A program made the position numbers and the translations under genes. 64,000 bases of DNA. Source: an uncultured virus (IMG/VR IMGVR_UViG_3300043438_001628) (lineage: Duplodnaviria; Heunggongvirae; Uroviricota; Caudoviricetes). Shown in pieces: positions 27,316 to 37,581 of the stretch. The notes beneath the pieces were generated by a model, which was not told the DNA's origin, ran no database searches, and was given only the letters and a program-made list of their open reading frames with translations. How positions within the stretch are numbered: the stretch's first letter is position 1; the number at the start of each line of letters is the position of its first letter. The stretch lies in IMG/VR virus record IMGVR_UViG_3300043438_001628; one strand, given 5' to 3'.

Positions 27316-27516
27316 TTAATTCTTATAAACCAGATAACCCTTAGCGGTATTAAGAAGACAATCGTCTTTCATAGTGAGCTCAATAAACTCTTTAGCTTTC
27401 TCAAGAGCATGAACAAACTCTTGGAGAATATACTTCGGAGTAATGCGCATAAGAGAGAAAATATCTTCGTAATCAATACACTCTTCGAGTTTCTTTTTGA
27501 ATGCTTGCGTTGTCAT
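27316..27516 (-). CDS. Hypothetical protein
   Basis: Start MTTQ set by promoter spacing. Confidence 0.6.
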   Translation of the reverse strand: MTTQAFKKKLEECIDYEDIFSLMRITPKYILQEFVHALEKAKEFIELTMKDDCLLNTAKGYLVYKN

Positions 27517-27824
27517 CGACACCATCCTACCCTAACGTTTTATTATTCGTCTACCCTCGCAATCCATTAAGACGAGTTTCATTCATTATATTTCCATTAA
27601 TTATTAATATATAACTCTTTAATGTATAATGACTTTTTAACTTATCTATTATCATATAACTATATAACTACATAGTTATATTTGTAACTCTCTATACTTT
27701 ATATTCTTATGTGTTTTCCTCGTTTTCTCCCCGTTTTAAGTGTATTTTAATGCATTTTTGCGTATTTTCAACCGCTTTTTACACCGAGTTTTTCTTCGTT
27801 TTCCCTCTTAAACATTACACCTGA

Positions 27825-28022
27825 TTACTCTCTCTCCTCTTCTCTCTCCTGTGTGTTCTTGCGTGGTGCGTGATCTTGCAGTGCCAGCTTCAATCGTTCA
27901 ATCTCAATCTCCAATCCCATTACATGCCCTGCTTCAATGTCCTCCCCGTCGAGAATATGTTTCAGTTTGGTTTCCGTGGAATTGAGCATAAACTCAAGAT
28001 TCTTTCTTTGTTCTGCTGTCAT
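27825..28022 (-). CDS. Hypothetical protein
   Basis: 65-aa helical ORF. Confidence 0.5.
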   Translation of the reverse strand: MTAEQRKNLEFMLNSTETKLKHILDGEDIEAGHVMGLEIEIERLKLALQDHAPRKNTQEREEERE

Positions 28023-28160
28023 GCTTGTATATTGTATATTGTATATCTGTGTGCGTTGTGTGTCTTATCCCGCTCTAGCCACTATGCGTTTCCTGATGGA
28101 TGATCGAAACTATTGGATTTACTTTTTTGTGATGGAGAGACAAAAATAATAATTTGGCCT

Positions 28161-28736
28161 TTATTCATATTTCCATTTAGAGATTAAAGATCCATCCATT
28201 GTGTAGAGTTCGATACGGATCGTTTTAACAAGTCTTTTGTCGAAAGTGCAAACGCTTTCAATTGTTTGGGTGTTCATTTGATTTGAAGTATCAACATCAA
28301 AATGTTCATCATATGCAGGAACATTGAACCTCTCTGTATTACCACCCATTCGACCAATGACCTTAACAATCTGAGGTTCCACACTCTTTAGAATATGGAC
28401 ATGCATCAAATCTCGATCATCGTCATAATCCGATGATGGAATATCTTTTTTATCCAGAACTGCGATGCGATCTTCATAATTGATCCATCTCGATAAGTAG
28501 TCATTATCTGATTTAGACAGATCTTCAATACTGATCCAATATCCTTTCTTGGTATCTTTAAGCAGAAGATGACACTTCCAAACATTATTGTCCAGATGTT
28601 TATCAATCACCTTTGCTGTGATAATTTTATTAGACTTTGCGGATGTCCACTCTCTGTAAACATCAGCGTTTGCTGTCGTTACAACACAAGTCAGAAGAAC
28701 TGCATATTTTATGAATCGATTATAATAATGTGACAT
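28161..28736 (-). CDS. Secreted protein with SHD1-like domain
   Basis: Signal peptide; REWTS...I.A.......I.IEDLSKSDNDYL. Confidence 0.6.
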   Translation of the reverse strand: MSHYYNRFIKYAVLLTCVVTTANADVYREWTSAKSNKIITAKVIDKHLDNNVWKCHLLLKDTKKGYWISIEDLSKSDNDYLSRWINYEDRIAVLDKKDIPSSDYDDDRDLMHVHILKSVEPQIVKVIGRMGGNTERFNVPAYDEHFDVDTSNQMNTQTIESVCTFDKRLVKTIRIELYTMDGSLISKWKYE

Positions 28737-28741
28737 ATGAT

Positions 28742-29242
28742 TTATCTGTGATAAATGACAACGGTTTTTCCTGTATTGCCGTTTCGACCACGGGATGAAG
28801 GAGTATTACAAACTGGACGCGAGCAATACATATTCGTTTTCCAATTAGTATTTTGCTTTGCTCTGATAAGCGCGAGTTGGCGATTATGCGCACGATCCCT
28901 TTCATCTTTAATTCTTTCCATATTTTTATTTTCGCGATCTCTTTTTTGAGCAGCGAGCATCTCATTATAGTGTGCTCTCAAATAAGCACGGTGCCATGTT
29001 GTAGCTTTATTTTGTTTGTAATGAAAGATTTTTTTCAGATCATTTGAGATACTATCAATTGGAACGCAACTCTTAACGCCTGCACTATGGTGGATACTTA
29101 CCCACGCTGGAGAAGTTTTCACAATCTTAACATTATGAAATGTCTTTCCATTAAGCGTATACTCATCATATTCTACCTGCTGCGCATTTGTAGAGAGAAT
29201 TGAAATCTTAAAGAGAAAAACAAATAAAATAATATTCTTCAT
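28742..29242 (-). CDS. Secreted hypothetical protein
   Basis: Signal peptide; TLNGKTFHNVKI...SIHHSAG. Confidence 0.6.
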   Translation of the reverse strand: MKNIILFVFLFKISILSTNAQQVEYDEYTLNGKTFHNVKIVKTSPAWVSIHHSAGVKSCVPIDSISNDLKKIFHYKQNKATTWHRAYLRAHYNEMLAAQKRDRENKNMERIKDERDRAHNRQLALIRAKQNTNWKTNMYCSRPVCNTPSSRGRNGNTGKTVVIYHR

Positions 29243-29256
29243 AATCCAGTGCTTTG

Positions 29257-29673
29257 TTAGCTTTTTTGTGTTGTTACTTTATCATACGGCAGCTCTTTAA
29301 CTTTTGTTAAATCCTCTTTGTGAGACATGCTTTGTTCTCTGCCGTCGATGCGATTCTTTGTGGTGTATCGTCTCAATACAAATCCGTATTTTTTGAAAAC
29401 CCGGTAAGTCTTTTCATCTGTGCCAAACCAACGACGAAGCTTTGTTAAGCTTGCGAAACCGTATCTCAAATCTCCCACCGTCTCATCTTTTCTGTATTGA
29501 TCTTTTAACTTCTCATCTTGATAAGGAGCAACATGATAACCGCTTTCAAAAGTATGTCCCAGCTCTTTTCGCATAACATTGTAGAACTGTTCTTTCTTTC
29601 GGGTTTTCGTTCTAATGGATGCGCGATAGGGACCGATCCCGCTTTCTTTGTGTTCAATTCTGTAAAAAAACAC
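29257..29673 (-). CDS. Hypothetical protein
   Basis: YRIEH...GPY; GFASL..L..WF. Confidence 0.6.
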   Translation of the reverse strand: MFFYRIEHKESGIGPYRASIRTKTRKKEQFYNVMRKELGHTFESGYHVAPYQDEKLKDQYRKDETVGDLRYGFASLTKLRRWFGTDEKTYRVFKKYGFVLRRYTTKNRIDGREQSMSHKEDLTKVKELPYDKVTTQKS

Positions 29674-29800
29674 GATTCGCGTTTGTTGAGGTTATTCGTG
29701 TTAGTTTCCCGCCCACCAAGCTCCCACGATAAAACCAAAGGAGAAAACGAAAGCGGTGAAAGCGATGAAAAATAGAGTTTGGCCGATCATAACATTTCTA

Positions 29801-30124
29801 TTACTTCTTGATCTTCAGTTTGTTGACATCAATGCCAAGCTTGTTGGCAATCTCGTCCATGGTCAAGACAATTTCCTTAGCGGTTTTCTTCTTGAATTCT
29901 TCTTCGGTGTAGATCGTATTATTCAGATACCAAGCTTTATAACCCCACTTATCTTCAACAGCAGGACCATCTTCACGATGAAGCATATCATTCAAAAGCC
30001 AAGATTTAAGACCATCTGCATATTCAACAGCAGGTCCATCTTCACGATGGCGAATGTTCATTTCCCGATCTTTGAAATAAAACTTGTTTCCGTATTCGTC
30101 GATGTAAATGTATTGCGGAGTCAT
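29801..30124 (-). CDS. HREDGPA-repeat protein A (2 repeats)
   Basis: MTPQYI...HREDGPA x2...KEIVLTMDEIANKLGIDVNKLKIKK; start corrected using promoter and paralogs. Confidence 0.85.
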   Translation of the reverse strand: MTPQYIYIDEYGNKFYFKDREMNIRHREDGPAVEYADGLKSWLLNDMLHREDGPAVEDKWGYKAWYLNNTIYTEEEFKKKTAKEIVLTMDEIANKLGIDVNKLKIKK

Positions 30125-30174
30125 GCGCTTATTGTAGCTTAACGTTTTATTGATGGATTCGGAGTTCCCTTGAG

Positions 30175-30663
30175 TTAAAGAGCATCGGACAATCGAGTTC
30201 CGCATGTTTTACAGCACTTCACGGAAGCGACTTCTTCTCGCTTCATGCCATTCACGGCTTTCTTGTTGTCGATATTTCTATAGACCAGCTTGATGATCTT
30301 GAGCATAAAACAAGGATCATTGGTTCGCAGCAACCACTTGTATGCTGTCATTGCTTCAGACAATTCATTTTTAAATGGATAGATTTGATCCTTGATGTTG
30401 TGATTGGAATAACGGAAAGAACTTTTCACAACAAGAGCATCATCGAGGATTACCAAGATCAGGGTTTGCTTATTATTTTTACAAACAGTGATGCTCTTGA
30501 TACCATTATACAAAGCAGCCTCCCGCAGAATATCAATTGTGAGTTCAGCAAGCTTTTTCTTTGCTACATCCTTCCGCTCCTTCTTTGTCATTGGACGAGT
30601 GGTGGTGATGGTGGTGCCAACAGGCGGCATGAATAGATCGTAGAGAGTGGCGATGTCTTGCAT
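30175..30663 (-). CDS. Hypothetical protein
   Basis: 162-aa ORF with C-terminal CxxC. Confidence 0.55.
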   Translation of the reverse strand: MQDIATLYDLFMPPVGTTITTTRPMTKKERKDVAKKKLAELTIDILREAALYNGIKSITVCKNNKQTLILVILDDALVVKSSFRYSNHNIKDQIYPFKNELSEAMTAYKWLLRTNDPCFMLKIIKLVYRNIDNKKAVNGMKREEVASVKCCKTCGTRLSDAL

Positions 30664-30721
30664 AATTATATTTGCTAAATTTATTATTAATTATTACAGT
30701 TTGATCCAATGATAATTCAAC

Positions 30722-31603
30722 TCATGATAGAGATGAGAAAATGTGAGCAATCACATCCACCGTCCATCCATTACCGAGACATTTCTTAGCCTTTGGCGAA
30801 CTAATAACAGCGGTGTAATCGTCAGGAACGGTTTGCAATCGTTCGCATTCTTTTCTGGTCAAGTTCCTGTATCTGTCATTATACCTCACCCACATGTTTC
30901 CGTTGTTTGGATTTGTTCTGAGGGTGTTTGATTTATATCCTTTGATTTCGGATTTGTTATAAGGATCGCAGTAATCAGGCAAGTTGTTGGGAACATACTT
31001 ATCCCAACCTTCAGGAAGATCGACCTTCGTGTCTAAAGAACTTGCATCATATCCATCACCGGGTGGCAATTCCAGAATATCAGACAATAGAATGTTTTTA
31101 TCTTCTGGTTCCTTGATGTTGGGAATATTTGTCCAGTAGTATCGGATACGGTTTTGTGCTGAAACCAACGACGAGTTAATCATAATTGGTTCTACACCAA
31201 GGTGTTGTGAGATAATGTCCAGATATTCTTTCTTCATGCGGACATTTTCCAACAAGAACTTAACACCGGGATTCACTGTTCTAATCTCCTTGAGAATCCT
31301 AACATACTCAAAGAACAATTTACTTCGGGGATCTTCAAAGTTTAATTGTTTACCCGCAAAACTAAAACCCTGACAAGGCGAACCTCCAATAACAAGATGA
31401 ATCTCAGGCAATGTTTCAACATTTAGATCGGAAACATCTCCCACTTGAATTGTGTTTGGATAATTATGTTGCGTGACACTGATTGCGTGCTTATCAATCT
31501 CACACGCGAAATATTTACACACCTTGATTCCAGCTCGCTCAAGAGCAATTTGCCCACAGCCAATACCATCAAACAAACTCAATACATTGATTCCGTCTTT
31601 CAT
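30722..31603 (-). CDS. C5-cytosine DNA methyltransferase
   Basis: LSLFDGIG, GGSPCQGFS, LENV, AQNRIR, LGNGW. Confidence 0.93.
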   Translation of the reverse strand: MKDGINVLSLFDGIGCGQIALERAGIKVCKYFACEIDKHAISVTQHNYPNTIQVGDVSDLNVETLPEIHLVIGGSPCQGFSFAGKQLNFEDPRSKLFFEYVRILKEIRTVNPGVKFLLENVRMKKEYLDIISQHLGVEPIMINSSLVSAQNRIRYYWTNIPNIKEPEDKNILLSDILELPPGDGYDASSLDTKVDLPEGWDKYVPNNLPDYCDPYNKSEIKGYKSNTLRTNPNNGNMWVRYNDRYRNLTRKECERLQTVPDDYTAVISSPKAKKCLGNGWTVDVIAHIFSSLS

Positions 31604-31846
31604 TACACAGTTGCCGCTTCGGGTTTGATGTTATACCGACAAGTAATTCGCACATTGGGATTCTTTTGTTTCTTCCAAGTGATAAAGTCTTGGATGTTGG
31701 GATCTCCCTTGAGAAACTTGTTGCAACTACCATCACTCCAGTTGATGACAGTGATATGTTTCGGCTTGTTCCAATTATAGATGGTGCTCATGTTTGATAT
31801 TTAAATGGTGTGAAGCAGTTTATTGAGATGCTCAGCTCGATTATTC

Positions 31847-32236
31847 TTAGAGTTTCAATTTGAAAACGATTGCAACTTCTCGTTTTCCATGTTTCGTGAT
31901 ACCATTTTCGTCCCAAATTGTATTGTTATCATGAAGACGCTGAAGCTTGCTCCAGAACATTACAGGATGCCCATGATACTTCTTCTTGAGTAGTTTATCA
32001 AGTCCGAATACTTCGTCAATATCACTAACATTATAATCAGAGCAGTTCTTCATAACACGCTCTAGTCCTTTCTTGGTGAGACAACGACCCACCGCGCACA
32101 TCTTATTATCGCTCGTAATATACTCACATGTGATGCTAGGTCTAAGACAACCATCTTCCATGTTCTCAACGGTGGCGCGATTCTTGGAATTATAGAATGC
32201 AGCAGTTTCGCGGACGATTTCTTCTTCGGTCATCAT
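31847..32236 (-). CDS. CAVGRC-family protein, copy 1
   Basis: CEY...CAVGRC...FW..LQ.LHD. Confidence 0.75.
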   Translation of the reverse strand: MMTEEEIVRETAAFYNSKNRATVENMEDGCLRPSITCEYITSDNKMCAVGRCLTKKGLERVMKNCSDYNVSDIDEVFGLDKLLKKKYHGHPVMFWSKLQRLHDNNTIWDENGITKHGKREVAIVFKLKL

Positions 32237-32264
32237 ATAATTTGTTTTAAGTTTTAATTAGAAT

Positions 32265-32537
32265 TTATTGAGCGTCACGAATCTCTCGGGCAATTTCATT
32301 GAAGACTTCGTGGTAGTCATACACAGCAAACGCTGTATCATCTTCAAGAACTGCTACGATATTATAATCAACATTGTCAATGTCAACTCCAATAACAGCG
32401 GTTCCAATATTTACGATGCGATCAAACAACCAATTGAAATCTTGATTGAATGCTTCCCCATCAACATTATGAATAGTGAGACGCTGTAGTTTATGCAGTA
32501 GATTGCTTAGTGCTTGTAGTGCTGGTGTTGGTGTCAT
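32265..32537 (-). CDS. Hypothetical protein
   Basis: 90-aa ORF in operon. Confidence 0.55.
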   Translation of the reverse strand: MTPTPALQALSNLLHKLQRLTIHNVDGEAFNQDFNWLFDRIVNIGTAVIGVDIDNVDYNIVAVLEDDTAFAVYDYHEVFNEIAREIRDAQ

Positions 32538-32566
32538 AGTTTATTTATGTGATTGAATTTCAGTTA

Positions 32567-33097
32567 TTAAGCAACTGTTCGGATAGTGGTGAAGAAATGC
32601 ACAATTCTGGTTTTGCAATCGTTACAAACATAATTTGCTTTACCACTGAGAATGCGATTATGTTTCACGGATGTGATTTGATGGGTTCTGCACTTGCATG
32701 CATATGAAAACCTTTTAACACTGCGCTTCTTGGTTTTAGTAACGCTGGTGTCATAACTATGGCAACGATCCGGTTGAAGTTTATAAACCGCTCGCATGAT
32801 ATGTTTCCATTCCTTGCCGTGTGGCTTTACTGCGCTTCCATAGCCAAAGACAGCACGCTGAACATAATGAGCAACTTCATGAGGAACGACTTGATTGATA
32901 AAGTCTTCAGAGTTGTGCTCGGCAAGATCCAATTGAAACATCAGGGCTTTTTTTGTATAATTGCTCCAACCTGCCGTGGTGCCATTGCGCTTGAAGATAA
33001 TAGACTGCGGACGAATGAAAGATTTATTAAAAAATTGCTCGGCAGCAACAAAGCAATTTTCAACCTTCTCGGAGATTTCAGCTTGGATGTTTCGCAT
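32567..33097 (-). CDS. sprT: SprT-family metalloprotease with zinc ribbon
   Basis: VPHEVAH, PHGKEWK, YACKC, YVCNDC. Confidence 0.88.
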   Translation of the reverse strand: MRNIQAEISEKVENCFVAAEQFFNKSFIRPQSIIFKRNGTTAGWSNYTKKALMFQLDLAEHNSEDFINQVVPHEVAHYVQRAVFGYGSAVKPHGKEWKHIMRAVYKLQPDRCHSYDTSVTKTKKRSVKRFSYACKCRTHQITSVKHNRILSGKANYVCNDCKTRIVHFFTTIRTVA

Positions 33098-33130
33098 GTC
33101 AGTAGTTTAGTCTAACGTTTTATTGATAAA

Positions 33131-33478
33131 TCAGACGGGGATTCTGGTGCGGGCGGGGATTCCCATTCTTCGGCATTGCTCTTTGAAGTCAGCGCCGTGA
33201 TATTGCGACTTATTATTTTTCCGATGGAACTTCTTACCATTGTTTTCCCACTGCAAGAAATGAGCAATCTCATGCTTCAACACTTCTTCAAACAGGGAGA
33301 ACCTTTTAAGAATAGTCAAGCTCAGTTTGATTTTATTATCATGAACACAAGCAAGCCCAAGATACGATTTATAATCACCCCATACAATTTTCAAATGATC
33401 GAGCTTCCATTGCTTCAGGGTCAGCTTGATGTATTGAGCGACTTCTTCAGGTGTGAAAGAATGCATCTTGCTTTGCAT
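33131..33478 (-). CDS. SprT-like protein
   Basis: LKHEIAH...HGADFK. Confidence 0.8.
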   Translation of the reverse strand: MQSKMHSFTPEEVAQYIKLTLKQWKLDHLKIVWGDYKSYLGLACVHDNKIKLSLTILKRFSLFEEVLKHEIAHFLQWENNGKKFHRKNNKSQYHGADFKEQCRRMGIPARTRIPV

Positions 33479-33503
33479 GCCACCAGTTTAGCCTAACGTT
33501 TTA

Positions 33504-33812
33504 TTATTGCACGCTCCAGTCTTCTTCCATCATACACAGTTCAAAGATATCAACACCGATCTTATTAGCGATAACCTCTTCGTGATCCAGCATGGCATCA
33601 ATTGGATCACCAGCACAGATATTCAAGTCGATGTATTCATCAATCTGTTCTTCTGTCTTCGCTTTAAGCCGTGCTTTCTTATCAAAGAACTTGCGATTAC
33701 TCTCGCAGTAAGGACATCCACCATGTGGGCGACAGCTATGGTCGAAAGCCTGTGAACCATAGTATTCTTTGCGCTTTTCTTTACCGTATTTGATTGCTTT
33801 TTCGAGGCTCAT
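33504..33812 (-). CDS. Hypothetical protein
   Basis: SCRPHGGCPYC motif. Confidence 0.65.
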   Translation of the reverse strand: MSLEKAIKYGKEKRKEYYGSQAFDHSCRPHGGCPYCESNRKFFDKKARLKAKTEEQIDEYIDLNICAGDPIDAMLDHEEVIANKIGVDIFELCMMEEDWSVQ

Positions 33813-34457
33813 TTATTTATGCGTTAAGATTTTATGCATATTGACCAAACTGCTTTTCCGCCTTTGGGATTTTCTCACATGAGCATTCCCACCCAACAAA
33901 GGAATCGTAATAGCCACGGTAATCAAATGGTCTCATTTCCGTTTTGCAGTAAGGACAAACGGGCATCACAATAGGCGACTCTTCGATAGTATTCTTTGCT
34001 TTTTCGAGGCTCATGATTTTATCAGATATTAAAGGACATTAAAATTACCGTCTGCTGTAAAATTAGCAACTCCAAAATCGACAGAACTATCTACAATTTT
34101 ATCCACAACATCAGCATTCCTTTTTTTGTTTAATTGAGTTTAATGGATACTGTCTTGATTCCATCAAAGACATAGGCGACTGGATCACCATTTGTATTTC
34201 CATAAACAGAAATATCAGGATGCTTTTTTAAGAGAGCGGCGAAATCCTTTTGGAATTTTTCGAGTTTCTTTTGAGCGTCTGTCTTAGCGGCGGTCATATT
34301 ATATTATAGAGTGAGTGTGTATCCTAGAGCTTTAAGCTCCTTACAAACAATCCGAAACCTCTTTCGGTCAACGAACGATAAATTTGTTTTTGACTTGCGA
34401 ATTAGCAAGCAAAGCTCTTCGAGCAAAGCATCGACTTTATCTTGTTCTTCTTGCATA

Positions 34458-34712
34458 TTAGTATGCGCGAGCAACAGCGTAGAAGGTGCCATCGCTATTC
34501 TTTTCAATGTCCCAGCTCACTCTACGATTACCACACTCACAGCGTCGTTCTTCACCATCCCAGCCCGAGCATTCAAGCTGACCTTCTTCAAGATAATCAT
34601 TGCAATTCATACCATCAAACTCGATCCAAATATGATCTTCAACATGTTGCTTAGCAGCAAGCATAGCGTCTTCTTCAGTCTTATGCGGTTCATAAAATTT
34701 CAACCTCTTCAT
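34458..34712 (-). CDS. Cys-rich hypothetical protein
   Basis: CSGWDGEERRCECGNRRV; class-2 promoter upstream. Confidence 0.7.
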   Translation of the reverse strand: MKRLKFYEPHKTEEDAMLAAKQHVEDHIWIEFDGMNCNDYLEEGQLECSGWDGEERRCECGNRRVSWDIEKNSDGTFYAVARAY

Positions 34713-34741
34713 ACTCGGATTATATCAGTGTTCCGTTCTCT

Positions 34742-35257
34742 CTATTCCTTGTCGAAGACCATCAAAATAGTACGACCTTCGTCATCTTCGGTCAATTCCC
34801 AACGGTAATCCTTGTCCAGAGTGATACCATCACCAAGCCAATTAATACCCATAGCAAGTCCTTTCGGAAATTCGACAGCAACATTAAGTGCTTCTACCAA
34901 GCTATCAAAACAATCATCCACATCATCATTCATCCAGGTTGGATCTTTTCTAGTAGCACGAAGCAGGATGTTCTTAATCGGAGGAGTCTTGGCATCCTCA
35001 AGCTGCTTACGAAGATCAGCCATACGCTGTTCAGTATCCTTCAGCTCCTTCTCGATCTTACTGACCAGATCAGGAGAGATATTATTATCGGTTGAATCCT
35101 TGACTTTTTCCTTAACTTGGATGAATGAGCCTTTGACATACCAATAGAGACGACCATTATCATTACGGACCTGATACTCAGAGTGAGAACTTTTTACTAC
35201 TTCATAGATTTTACCATGGCTCATAGTATTACCAGTTCCGATGTATTTTACTTTCAT
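34742..35257 (-). CDS. Hypothetical protein
   Basis: 171 aa; box promoter upstream. Confidence 0.7.
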   Translation of the reverse strand: MKVKYIGTGNTMSHGKIYEVVKSSHSEYQVRNDNGRLYWYVKGSFIQVKEKVKDSTDNNISPDLVSKIEKELKDTEQRMADLRKQLEDAKTPPIKNILLRATRKDPTWMNDDVDDCFDSLVEALNVAVEFPKGLAMGINWLGDGITLDKDYRWELTEDDEGRTILMVFDKE

Positions 35258-35283
35258 ATTATATAGTATAGCTTAACGTTTTA

Positions 35284-35631
35284 TTACTGAGGATTCAATG
35301 CATAAATTCGACAACCGAGGATATAAACAAAGTCGGCTTTGTCAATGTATTTTTTGCCGTCGTGGAATTTTTCCAGTTTGTAAGGATTGTAGTTGATAGA
35401 ATCAAAGGCAACGAGATTTTCGGGAACTGCATTCGCGATGCCTTCGATGTAAGCGTGAACATTCTTTCTCTTCTGTTTTAGAACACGCTGACGACCCGCT
35501 TCACTCACTTTGAAAGTAGCATCCCCCAACCAAATTTGTTCCACATGGTCAACAACTTTCCATCTTCCGTTCACCTTTTCTTGAACGGACAGCATCTTTT
35601 TGTGAAGATTGAAATACACTCGGCGTTTCAT
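35284..35631 (-). CDS. Phage hypothetical protein (VYFNLHK family)
   Basis: VYFNLHK...VSEAGRQRV...KNVHA...YNPYK. Confidence 0.7.
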   Translation of the reverse strand: MKRRVYFNLHKKMLSVQEKVNGRWKVVDHVEQIWLGDATFKVSEAGRQRVLKQKRKNVHAYIEGIANAVPENLVAFDSINYNPYKLEKFHDGKKYIDKADFVYILGCRIYALNPQ

Positions 35632-35633
35632 AA

Positions 35634-35966
35634 TTACATTTCAATAACCTGATTCCAAACATCAGTCACTTTCTTCTTCAAACGAAGTTCCCAGCCGGGA
35701 ACTCTATTGATACGATTGCTTTTAATAACTCCCCGATTTGTTTTAGTATTAACCGCACACACCCGGATAGCGTCTTTTCCGCAGGCACGACTGATACCGT
35801 CATTCTTGTGAATTGAACTATAAACCTTTACAACAACATTTGGTTTACTGATAAACCTTTTAACATACACAATCTCCTTAGCGTGTCCACTAAATTCTTT
35901 CACCCATTTTCTTTCGGGGCGGAAGATTTCGTCGAACTCGCTTTCGAGGATGGTGATGTAAGCCAT
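35634..35966 (-). CDS. Hypothetical protein
   Basis: Start MAYITI from promoter spacing; GKDAIRV motif. Confidence 0.7.
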   Translation of the reverse strand: MAYITILESEFDEIFRPERKWVKEFSGHAKEIVYVKRFISKPNVVVKVYSSIHKNDGISRACGKDAIRVCAVNTKTNRGVIKSNRINRVPGWELRLKKKVTDVWNQVIEM

Positions 35967-35999
35967 GCCACTAGTGTAGCTTAACGTTTTATTAAAAAA

Positions 36000-36072
36000 T
36001 AGCGGTGGTGGGATTTGAACCCACACTTTACTGATTTTGAGTCAGTTGCCTCTGCCGTTGGGCTACACCGCC
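36000..36072 (-). tRNA. tRNA-Leu(CAA) with short variable loop
   Basis: actga-ctCAAaa-tcagt; 5-nt variable loop; A73. Confidence 0.85.
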
Positions 36073-36255
36073 GAAATATATCAGATCGCGCCCTTAATAC
36101 ATTGCACAGCGAAGTAGATAACAGCAGCAGCTACGAGACCAATGCTGATGATGATCGACATGAGAAAAGCGAGATACATTCCCATCACTTTCTTCATGAG
36201 ACGCTGATCTTCTGGAGTGAAGAGTTCATCCAGTTCGTTTTGTTTGTTTGTTTTC

Positions 36256-36843
36256 TTAAATGTTAGCTTCATTTGTTTTTTCGTATACCAATACTTTGTT
36301 TTTGTTTGATCCATCAACGCTCCAAATGTCAGATTGAGGAGTTTCTGTAGTGATGTTATCACTCTGTTCCATTGTGTCAAGGTTTACAAGATAAACTTTA
36401 TACTCAGGATTGTCGGTGGCTTGCTTGATGAAAGACTCCCAAAGCTTCTTACCACCTTCTAGGTGTTCATTGTCAGATACAATACCATTAAACTTATCAA
36501 CATAAAGTTTATACCATGTTGATGTAATGTTGGCATTTGCATAAGCTTCTCGGATTCTTAGAAAATATGCCTGCTTGTATTGCAGAGGTGTATCTCTGAG
36601 AGACACCCTCATAACAGGCACAACTGTTTGCTTTGCTGCTTGAATATCAACAACAGAGAATACAAATCCCATAGTTTGTTGAGGATGAACAACATACAGA
36701 AATTCATCAACTTCACCTAGAACAACATAATCATCAAGATTGCGTACACTGATAGGTGTGAACTTGGTATCTTTTTGATAGGTGATGTCTCCGGGATAAT
36801 ATTGAGGCATTTCCTCTAGGATATATTGCTTGAAACTTTTCAT
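36256..36843 (-). CDS. GNAT-like hypothetical protein with capsid-targeting-like N-terminus
   Basis: MKSFKQYILEE; SDNEHLEGGKKLW. Confidence 0.6.
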   Translation of the reverse strand: MKSFKQYILEEMPQYYPGDITYQKDTKFTPISVRNLDDYVVLGEVDEFLYVVHPQQTMGFVFSVVDIQAAKQTVVPVMRVSLRDTPLQYKQAYFLRIREAYANANITSTWYKLYVDKFNGIVSDNEHLEGGKKLWESFIKQATDNPEYKVYLVNLDTMEQSDNITTETPQSDIWSVDGSNKNKVLVYEKTNEANI

Positions 36844-36851
36844 GTATTACT

Positions 36852-37196
36852 TTACATTGACGAATAACGCTCGATCTCTTTTTCAAAATTCATTTCTTTT
36901 GATCTTAGAGCGTAGTAGAAGTCTTCCAGTCTGATTTTTGTATTTCTTGAGCAATGACAACCAGATACAATCTCACGACTGTTGCCTTTATAATCATAAA
37001 GATGCCCACTAGAAAAAGGATGATTTGAAATCCAGACCTCATACTTATTGTCGAATGTGATTGTGTATGGTGAGATATCCGTCACTTCTCCTTTATCAAT
37101 TAGAAGGTTCAGTAGCTTATCCCATTCTTGGTCAACTGATTTGCTTGTCAGCCAAAAGCATTTAAACATCCGCGAGAATTTACTTGTCTTTTTCAT
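36852..37196 (-). CDS. Hypothetical protein
   Basis: 114 aa; class-2 promoter upstream. Confidence 0.65.
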   Translation of the reverse strand: MKKTSKFSRMFKCFWLTSKSVDQEWDKLLNLLIDKGEVTDISPYTITFDNKYEVWISNHPFSSGHLYDYKGNSREIVSGCHCSRNTKIRLEDFYYALRSKEMNFEKEIERYSSM

Positions 37197-37218
37197 AATT
37201 TAATTTTATTAGAGTTCC

Positions 37219-37473
37219 TTACTTCTTGATCTTGAGCTTGCTCACATCGATACCAAGCTTATCAGCAATCTCATCCATTGTCAAGGTGATTTCTTTAGCA
37301 GTCCGCTTCTTGAATGCTGCTTCAGTGTAATACACGCCATTCAGATACCATTCTTTATAACCACCAATATTTTCATAAGCAGGCCCATCTTCCCGATGAT
37401 AGATCATCATCTCTTTGTCTTTGAAATAATGCTTATTACCATATTTGTTAATTTCAATGTATTGGGGAGTCAT
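37219..37473 (-). CDS. HREDGPA-repeat protein B (1 repeat)
   Basis: Paralog of 29801..30124. Confidence 0.85.
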   Translation of the reverse strand: MTPQYIEINKYGNKHYFKDKEMMIYHREDGPAYENIGGYKEWYLNGVYYTEAAFKKRTAKEITLTMDEIADKLGIDVSKLKIKK

Positions 37474-37581
37474 ATGTTTTAATTGTTAATAAAGTTGATT
37501 AGTCTGCCGTCGAACATAGCAATCACGGTGTTGAGAATACATGCAGCAATTACAGCTTTCTTTAAGACTTCCATGATTGAT

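Noticed and set aside
36000..36072. Opal suppressor reading of the tRNA (tca in the loop)
   Set aside because: The 7-nt loop ctcaaaa places CAA at positions 34-36; short-arm Leu(CAA) tRNAs are known
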